This document shows positions 55,601-64,000 of a DNA stretch of 64,000 nucleotides, in pieces. The first letter of the stretch is position 1. Each line of letters starts with the position of its first letter. The stretch comes from Yuukianura sp. NJ FZ-2021 (taxonomy: Eukaryota): positions 310,001 through 374,000 of the forward strand of contig JAJCTO010000010.1 in NCBI GenBank assembly GCA_046563655.1. The letters are read 5' to 3'. Position numbers and translations under genes: made by a program. Below the pieces are notes generated by a model. That model did no database searches and was not told the origin of the DNA. It was given only the letters and a program-made list of their open reading frames with translations.

Positions 55601-58600
55601 AAAGTATTACAGCAAACTTTGTTTCCCTCTAAGTCTCGGCAGCGTGTTGCGATCATCGGAAACTTGACCAACGTGGATTCGACGTCGTGAGTTCGAATAT
55701 TTACCTTCAAATTAATTTCTCAAAACTGTGTAAATGTAGCGTTTTTGGGTCGCTATAAAAACAGCATCCTCCAGAACTAGGTAATTTATTTCCATGCCGA
55801 AGAACCACAATACATCCAAATATTTTGTTTCCGTTTACGTCTCGGCAGCGTGATGCGATCAGCGGAAACTTCACCAACGTGGATTCCAAGTCGTGAGTTC
55901 GAATATTTACCGTCAAATTTATTTCTCAAAACTGTGTAAATGTAGCGTCTTTGGGTCGCTATAAAAACAGCATCCTCCAGAACTAGGTAATTTATTTCCA
56001 TGCCGAAGAACCACAATACATCCAAATATTTTGTTTCCGTTTACGTCTCGGGAGCGTGATGCGATCAGCGGAAACTTCACCAACGTGGATTCCAAGTCGT
56101 GAGTTGGAATATTTACATTCAAATTTATTTCTCAAAACTGTGTAAATGTGGCGTCTTTGGGTCGCTATAAAAAGAGTATCTTCTAGAACCAGGTAAATTC
56201 CTTCCATCCCGCTGAAAAGTATTACAGCAAACTTTGTTTCCCTCTAAGTCTCGGCAGCGTGTTGCGATCATCGGAAACTTGACCAACGTGGATTCGACGT
56301 CGTGAGTTCGAATATTTACCGTCAAATTTATTTCTCAAAACTGTGTAAATGTAGCGTCTTTGGGTCGCTATAAAAACAGCATCCTCCAGAACTAGGTAAT
56401 TTATTTCCATGCCGAAGAACCACAATACATCCAAATATTTTGTTTCCGTTTACGTCTCGGCAGCGTGATGCGATCAGCGGGAACTTGACGAACGTGGATT
56501 CCAAGTCGTGAGTTCGAAAATTTGCCTTCAAATTTATTTCTCAAAACTGTGTAAATGTAGCGTCTTTGTGTCGCTATAAAAAGAGTATCTTCTAGAACCA
56601 GGTAAATTTTTTCCATCCCGGTGGAAAGTATTACAGCAAACTTTGTTTCCCTCTAAGTCTCGGCAGCGTGTTGCGATCATCGGAAACTTGACCAACGTGG
56701 ATTCGACGTCGTGAGTTCGAATATTTACCTTCAAATTAATTTCTCAAAACTGTGTAAATGTAGCGTTTTTGGGTCGCTATAAAAACAGCATCCTCCAGAA
56801 CTAGGTAATTTATTTCCATGCCGAAGAACCACAATACATCCAAATATTTTGTTTCCGTTTAGGTCTCGGCAGCGTGATGCGATCAGCGGAAACTTCACCA
56901 ACGTGGATTCCAAGTCGTGAGTTCGAATATTTACCGTCAAATTTATTTCTCAAAACTGTGTAAATGTAGCGTTTTTGGGTCGCTATAAAAACAGCATCCT
57001 CCAGAACTAGGTAATTTATTTCCATGCCGAAGAACCACAATACATCCAAATATTATGTTTCCGGTTACGTCTCGGCAGCGTGATGCGATCAGCGGGAACT
57101 TGACGAACGTGGATTCCAAGTCGTGAGTTCGAAAATTTGCCTTCAAATTTATTTCTCAAAACTGTGTAAATGTAGCGTCTTTGGGTCGCTATAAAAAGAG
57201 TATCTTCTAGAACCAGGTAAATTTTTTCCATCCCGCTGAAAAGTATTACAGCAAACTTTGTTTCCCTCTAAGTCTCGGCAGCATGTTGCGATCATCGGAA
57301 ACTTGACCAACGTGGATTCGACGTCGTGAGTTCGAATATTTACTTTCAAATTAATTTCTCAAAACTGTGTAAATGTAGCGTTTTTGGATCGCTATAAAAA
57401 CAGCATCCTCCAGAACTAGGTAATTTATTTCCATGCCGAAGAACCACAATACATCCAAATATTTTGTTTCCGTTTACGTCTCGGCAGCGTGATGCGATCA
57501 GCGGGAACTTGACGAACGTGGATTCCAAGTCGTGAGTTCGAAAATTTGCCTTCAAATTTATTTCTCAAAACTGTGTAAATGTAGCGTCTTTGTGTCGCTA
57601 TAAAAAGAGTATCTTCTATAACCAGGTAAATTTTTTCCATCCCGCTGGAAAGTATTACAGCAAACTTTGTTTCCCTCTAAGTCTCGGCAGCGTGTTGCGA
57701 TCATCGGAAACTTGACCAACGTGGATTCGACGTCGTGAGTTCGAATATTTACCTTCAAATTAATTTCTCAAAACTGTGTAAATGTAGCGTTTTTGGGTCG
57801 CTATAAAAACAGCATCCTCCAGAACTAGGTAATTTATTTCCATGCCGAAGAACCACAATACATCCAAATATTTTGTTTCCGTTTACGTCTCGGCAGCGTG
57901 ATGCGATCAGCGGAAACTTCACCAACGTGGATTCCAAGTCGTGAGTTCGAATATTTACCGTCAAATTTATTTCTCAAAACTGTGTAAATGTAGCGTCTTT
58001 GGGTCGCTATAAAAACAGCATCCTCCAGAACTAGGTAATTTATTTCCATGCCGAAGAACCACAATACATCCAAATATTTTGTTTCCGTTTACGTCTCGGG
58101 AGCGTGATGCGATCAGCGGAAACTTCACCAACGTGGATTCCAAGTCGTGAGTTGGAATATTTACATTCAAATTTATTTCTCAAAACTGTGTAAATGTAGC
58201 GTCTTTGGGTCGCTATAAAAAGAGTATCTTCTAGAACCAGGTAAATTCCTTCCATCCCGCTGAAAAGTATTACAGCAAACTTTGTTTCCCTCTAAGTCTC
58301 GGCAGCGTGTTGCGATCATCGGAAACTTGACCAACGTGGATTCGACGTCGTGAGTTCGAATATTTACCGTCAAATTTATTTCTCAAAACTGTGTAAATGT
58401 AGCGTCTTTGGGTCGCTATAAAAACAGCATCCTCCAGAACTAGGTAATTTATTTCCATGCCGAAGAACCACAATACATCCAAATATTTTGTTTCCGTTTA
58501 CGTCTCGGCAGCGTGATGCGATCAGCGGGAACTTGACGAACGTGGATTCCAAGTCGTGAGTTCGAAAATTTGCCTTCAAATTTATTTCTCAAAACTGTGT

Positions 58601-61600
58601 AAATGTAGCGTCTTTGTGTCGCTATAAAAAGAGTATCTTCTAGAACCAGGTAAATTTTTTCCATCCCGGTGGAAAGTATTACAGCAAACTTTGTTTCCCT
58701 CTAAGTCTCGGCAGCGTGTTGCGATCATCGGAAACTTGACCAACGTGGATTCGACGTCGTGAGTTCGAATATTTACCTTCAAATTAATTTCTCAAAACTG
58801 TGTAAATGTAGCGTTTTTGGGTCGCTATAAAAACAGCATCCTCCAGAACTAGGTAATTTATTTCCATGCCGAAGAACCACAATACATCCAAATATTTTGT
58901 TTCCGTTTAGGTCTCGGCAGCGTGATGCGATCAGCGGAAACTTCACCAACGTGGATTCCAAGTCGTGAGTTCGAATATTTACCGTCAAATTTATTTCTCA
59001 AAACTGTGTAAATGTAGCGTCTTTGGGTCGCTATAAAAACAGCATCCTCCAGAACTAGGTAATTTATTTCCATGCCGAAGAACCACAATACATCCAAATA
59101 TTTTGTTTCCGTTTACGTCTCGGGAGCGTGATGCGATCAGCGGAAACTTCACCAACGTGGATTCCAAGTCGTGAGTTCGAATATTTACCGTCAAATTTAT
59201 TTCTCAAAACTGTGTAAATGTAGCGTCTTTGGGTCGCTATAAAAAGAGTATCTTCTAGAACCAGGTATATTCCTTCCATCCCGCTGGAAAGTATTACAGC
59301 AAACTTTGTTTCCCTCTAAGTCTCGACAGCGTGTTGAGATCCTCGGAAACTTGACCAACGTGGATTCGAAGTCGTGAGTTGGAATATTTACCTTCAAATT
59401 TATTTCTCAAAACTGTGTAAATGTAGCGTTTTTGGGTCGCTATAAAAACAGCATCCTCCAGAACTAGGTAATTTATTTCCATGCCGAAGAACCACAATAC
59501 ATCCAAATATTTTGTTTCCGTTTACGTCTCGGCAGCGTGATGCGATCAGCGGGAACTTGACGAACGTGGATTCCAAGTCGTGAGTTCGAAAATTTGCCTT
59601 CAAATTTATTTCTCAAAACTGTGTAAATGTAGCGTCTTTGGGTCGCTATAAAAAGAGTATCTTCTAGAACCAGGTAAATTCCTTCCATCCCGCTGGAAAG
59701 TATTACAGCAAACTTTGTTTCCCTCTAAGTCTCGACAGCGTGTTGAGATCCTCGGAAACTTGACCAACGTGGATTCGAAGTCGTGAGTTGGAATATTTAC
59801 CTTCAAATTTATTTCTCAAAACTGTGTAAATATAGCGTTTTTGGGTCGCTATAAAAACAGCATCCTCCAGAACTAGGTAATTTATTTCCATGCCGAAGAA
59901 CCACAATACATCCAAATATTTTGTTTCCGTTTACGTCTCAGCAGCGTGATGCGATCAGCGGGAACTTGACGAACGTGGATTCCAAGTCGTGAGTTCGAAA
60001 ATTTGCCTTCAAATTTATTTCTCAAAACTGTGTAAATGTAGCGTCTTTGTGTCGCTATAAAAAGAGTATCTTCTAGAACCAGGTAAATTTTTTCCATCCC
60101 GGTGGAAAGTATTACAGCAAACTTTGTTTCCCTCTAAGTCTCGGCAGCGTGTTGCGATCATCGGAAACTTGACCAACGTGGATTCGACGTCGTGAGTTCG
60201 AATATTTACCTTCAAATTAATTTCTCAAAACTGTGTAAATGTAGCGTTTTTGGGTCGCTATAAAAACAGCATCCTCCAGAACTAGGTAATTTATTTCCAT
60301 GCCGAAGAACCACAATACATCCAAATATTTTGTTTCCGTTTACGTCTCGGCAGCGTGATGCGATCAGCGGGAACTTGACGAACGTGGATTCCAAGTCGTG
60401 AGTTCGAAAATTTGCCTTCAAATTTATTTCTCAAAACTGTGTAAATGTAGCGTCTTTGTGTCGCTATAAAAAGAGTATCTTCTAGAACCAGGTAAATTTT
60501 TTCCATCCCGGTGGAAAGTATTACAGCAAACTTTGTTTCCCTCTAAGTCTCGGCAGCGTGTTGCGATCATCGGAAACTTGACCAACGTGGATTCGACGTC
60601 GTGAGTTCGAATATTTACCTTCAAATTAATTTCTCAAAACTGTGTAAATGTAGCGTTTTTGGGTCGCTATAAAAACAGCATCCTCCAGAACTAGGTAATT
60701 TATTTCCATGCCGAAGAACCACAATACATCCAAATATTTTGTTTCCGTTTAGGTCTCGGCAGCGTGATGCGATCAGCGGAAACTTCACCAACGTGGATTC
60801 CAAGTCGTGAGTTCGAATATTTACCGTCAAATTTATTTCTCAAAACTGTGTAAATGTAGCGTCTTTGGGTCGCTATAAAAACAGCATCCTCCAGAACTAG
60901 GTAATTTATTTCCATGCCGAAGAACCACAATACATCCAAATATTTTGTTTCCGTTTACGTCTCGGGAGCGTGATGCGATCAGCGGAAACTTCACCAACGT
61001 GGATTCCAAGTCGTGAGTTCGAATATTTACCGTCAAATTTATTTCTCAAAACTGTGTAAATGTAGCGTCTTTGGGTCGCTATAAAAAGAGTATCTTCTAG
61101 AACCAGGTATATTCCTTCCATCCCGCTGGAAAGTATTACAGCAAACTTTGTTTCCCTCTAAGTCTCGACAGCGTGTTGAGATCCTCGGAAACTTGACCAA
61201 CGTGGATTCGAAGTCGTGAGTTGGAATATTTACCTTCAAATTTATTTCTCAAAACTGTGTAAATGTAGCGTTTTTGGGTCGCTATAAAAACAGCATCCTC
61301 CAGAACTAGGTAATTTATTTCCATGCCGAAGAACCACAATACATCCAAATATTTTGTTTCCGTTTACGTCTCGGCAGCGTGATGCGATCAGCGGGAAACT
61401 TGACGAACGTGGATTCCAAGTCGTGAGTTCGAAAATTTGCCTTCAAATTTATTTCTCAAAACTGTGTAAATGTAGCGTCTTTGTGTCGCTATAAAAAGAG
61501 TATCTTCTAGAACCAGGTAAATTTTTTCCATCCCGGTGGAAAGTATTACAGCAAACTTTGTTTCCCTCTAAGTCTCGGCAGCGTGTTGCGATCATCGGAA

Positions 61601-64000
61601 ACTTGACCAACGTGGATTCGACGTCGTGAGTTCGAATATTTACCTTCAAATTAATTTCTCAAAACTGTGTAAATGTAGCGTTTTTGGGTCGCTATAAAAA
61701 CAGCATCCTCCAGAACTAGGTAATTTATTTCCATGCCGAAGAACCACAATACATCCAAATATTTTGTTTCCGTTTAGGTCTCGGCAGCGTGATGCGATCA
61801 GCGGAAACTTCACCAACGTGGATTCCAAGTCGTGAGTTCGAATATTTACCGTCAAATTTATTTCTCAAAACTGTGTAAATGTAGCGTCTTTGGGTCGCTA
61901 TAAAAACAGCATCCTCCAGAACTAGGTAATTTATTTCCATGCCGAAGAACCACAATACATCCAAATATTTTGTTTCCGTTTACGTCTCGGGAGCGTGATG
62001 CGATCAGCGGAAACTTGACCAACGTGGATTCGACGTCGTGAGTTCGAATATTTACTTTCAAATTAATTTCTCAAAACTGTGTAAATGTAGTGTCTTTGGG
62101 TCGCTATAAAAAGAGTATCTTCTAGAACCAGGTATATTCCTTCCATCCCGCTGGAAAGTATTACAGCAAACTTTGTTTCCCTCTAAGTCTCGACAGCGTG
62201 TTGAGATCCTCGGAAACTTGACCAACGTGGATTCGAAGTCGTGAGTTGGAATATTTACCTTCAAATTTATTTCTCAAAACTGTGTAAATGTAGCGTTTTT
62301 GGGTCGCTATAAAAACAGCATCCTCCAGAACTAGGTAATTTATTTCCATGCCGAAGAACCACAATACATCCAAATATTTTGTTTCCGTTTACGTCTCGGC
62401 AGCGTGATGCGATCAGCGGGAACTTGACGAACGTGGATTCCAAGTCGTGAGTTCGAAAATTTGCCTTCAAATTTATTTCTCAAAACTGTGTAAATGTAGC
62501 GTCTTTGGGTCGCTATAAAAAGAGTATCTTCTAGAACCAGGTAAATTCCTTCCATCCCGCTGGAAAGTATTACAGCAAACTTTGTTTCCCTCTAAGTCTC
62601 GACAGCGTGTTGAGATCCTCGGAAACTTGACCAACGTGGATTCGAAGTCGTGAGTTGGAATATTTACCTTCAAATTTATTTCTCAAAACTGTGTAAATAT
62701 AGCGTTTTTGGGTCGCTATAAAAACAGCATCCTCCAGAACTAGGTAATTTATTTCCATGCCGAAGAACCACAATACATCCAAATATTTTGTTTCCGTTTA
62801 CGTCTCAGCAGCGTGATGCGATCAGCGGGAACTTGACGAACGTGGATTCCAAGTCGTGAGTTCGAAAATTTGCCTTCAAATTTATTTCTCAAAACTGTGT
62901 AAATGTAGCGTCTTTGTGTCGCTATAAAAAGAGTATCTTCTAGAACCAGGTAAATTTTTTCCATCCCGGTGGAAAGTATTACAGCAAACTTTGTTTCCCT
63001 CTAAGTCTCGGCAGCGTGTTGCGATCATCGGAAACTTGACCAACGTGGATTCGACGTCGTGAGTTCGAATATTTACCTTCAAATTAATTTCTCAAAACTG
63101 TGTAAATGTAGCGTTTTTGGGTCGCTATAAAAACAGCATCCTCCAGAACTAGGTAATTTATTTCCATGCCGAAGAACCACAATACATCCAAATATTTTGT
63201 TTCCGTTTAGGTCTCGGCAGCGTGATGCGATCAGCGGAAACTTCACCAACGTGGATTCCAAGTCGTGAGTTCGAATATTTACCGTCAAATTTATTTCTCA
63301 AAACTGTGTAAATGTAGCGTCTTTGGGTCGCTATAAAAACAGCATCCTCCAGAACTAGGTAATTTATTTCCATGCCGAAGAACCACAATACATCCAAATA
63401 TTTTGTTTCCGTTTACGTCTCGGGAGCGTGATGCGATCAGCGGAAACTTCACCAACGTGGATTCCAAGTCGTGAGTTCGAATATTTACCGTCAAATTTAT
63501 TTCTCAAAACTGTGTAAATGTAGCGTCTTTGGGTCGCTATAAAAAGAGTATCTTCTAGAACCAGGTATATTCCTTCCATCCCGCTGGAAAGTATTACAGC
63601 AAACTTTGTTTCCCTCTAAGTCTCGACAGCGTGTTGAGATCCTCGGAAACTTGACCAACGTGGATTCGAAGTCGTGAGTTGGAATATTTACCTTCAAATT
63701 TATTTCTCAAAACTGTGTAAATGTAGCGTTTTTGGGTCGCTATAAAAACAGCATCCTCCAGAACTAGGTAATTTATTTCCATGCCGAAGAACCACAATAC
63801 ATCCAAATATTTTGTTTCCGTTTACGTCTCGGCAGCGTGATGCGATCAGCGGAACTTGACGAACGTGGATTCCAAGTCGTGAGTTCGAAAATTTGCCTTC
63901 AAATTTATTTCTCAAAACTGTGTAAATGTAGCGTCTTTGGGTCGCTATAAAAAGAGTATCTTCTAGAACCAGGTAAATTCCTTCCATCCCGCTGGAAAGT
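37688..64000. repeat. Satellite array of 206-bp and 203-bp monomers (mostly 409-bp dimers), ~128 monomers, extending past the window
   Basis: TTTCTCAAAACTGTGTAAATGTAGCG recurs every 203 or 206 bp. Two alternating variants: CAGCATCCTCCAGAAC and GAGTATCTTCTAGAAC. Confidence 0.98.

Noticed and set aside
37657..63987. Hundreds of 61-124 aa ORFs
   Set aside because: They are repeated translations of satellite monomers, mostly from non-ATG starts, with no domain features.

Overview
This is repeat-rich eukaryotic DNA, probably invertebrate or arthropod heterochromatin (inferred from the 50-100 nt GT-AG introns and the element types). It consists entirely of nested mobile DNA and satellites. From left to right: (1) An apparently intact Ty3/Gypsy LTR retrotransposon on the minus strand (1-5795, 3' end outside the window), with a UUUAAAC plus hairpin -1 frameshift signal. 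(2) A decayed Polinton/Maverick that the Gypsy inserted into (5796-11758), with an intron-containing integrase, two minor-capsid paralogs and a broken major capsid. (3) A ~510-bp satellite (11759-19560) carrying a tRNA-derived SINE that was co-amplified with the array. (4) A near-complete 18.0-kb Polinton/Maverick (adintovirus-like endogenous virus, 19659-37687) inserted into the second SINE copy. It encodes pPolB, packaging ATPase, integrase, minor and major capsid, core-like proteins and an adenain-type protease. Its arms carry spliced ubiquitin-pathway genes that the ORF track misses or fragments: a BIR-RING IAP, an F-box/LRR protein and a six-exon RING-H2/coiled-coil/AT-hook protein. Its two termini are not identical inverted repeats: they share only position-matched palindromic blocks, and there is no matching TSD. 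(5) A 206/203-bp dimeric satellite with higher-order repeats (37688-64000). All splice models and family assignments were made by eye from motifs, with no database searches.
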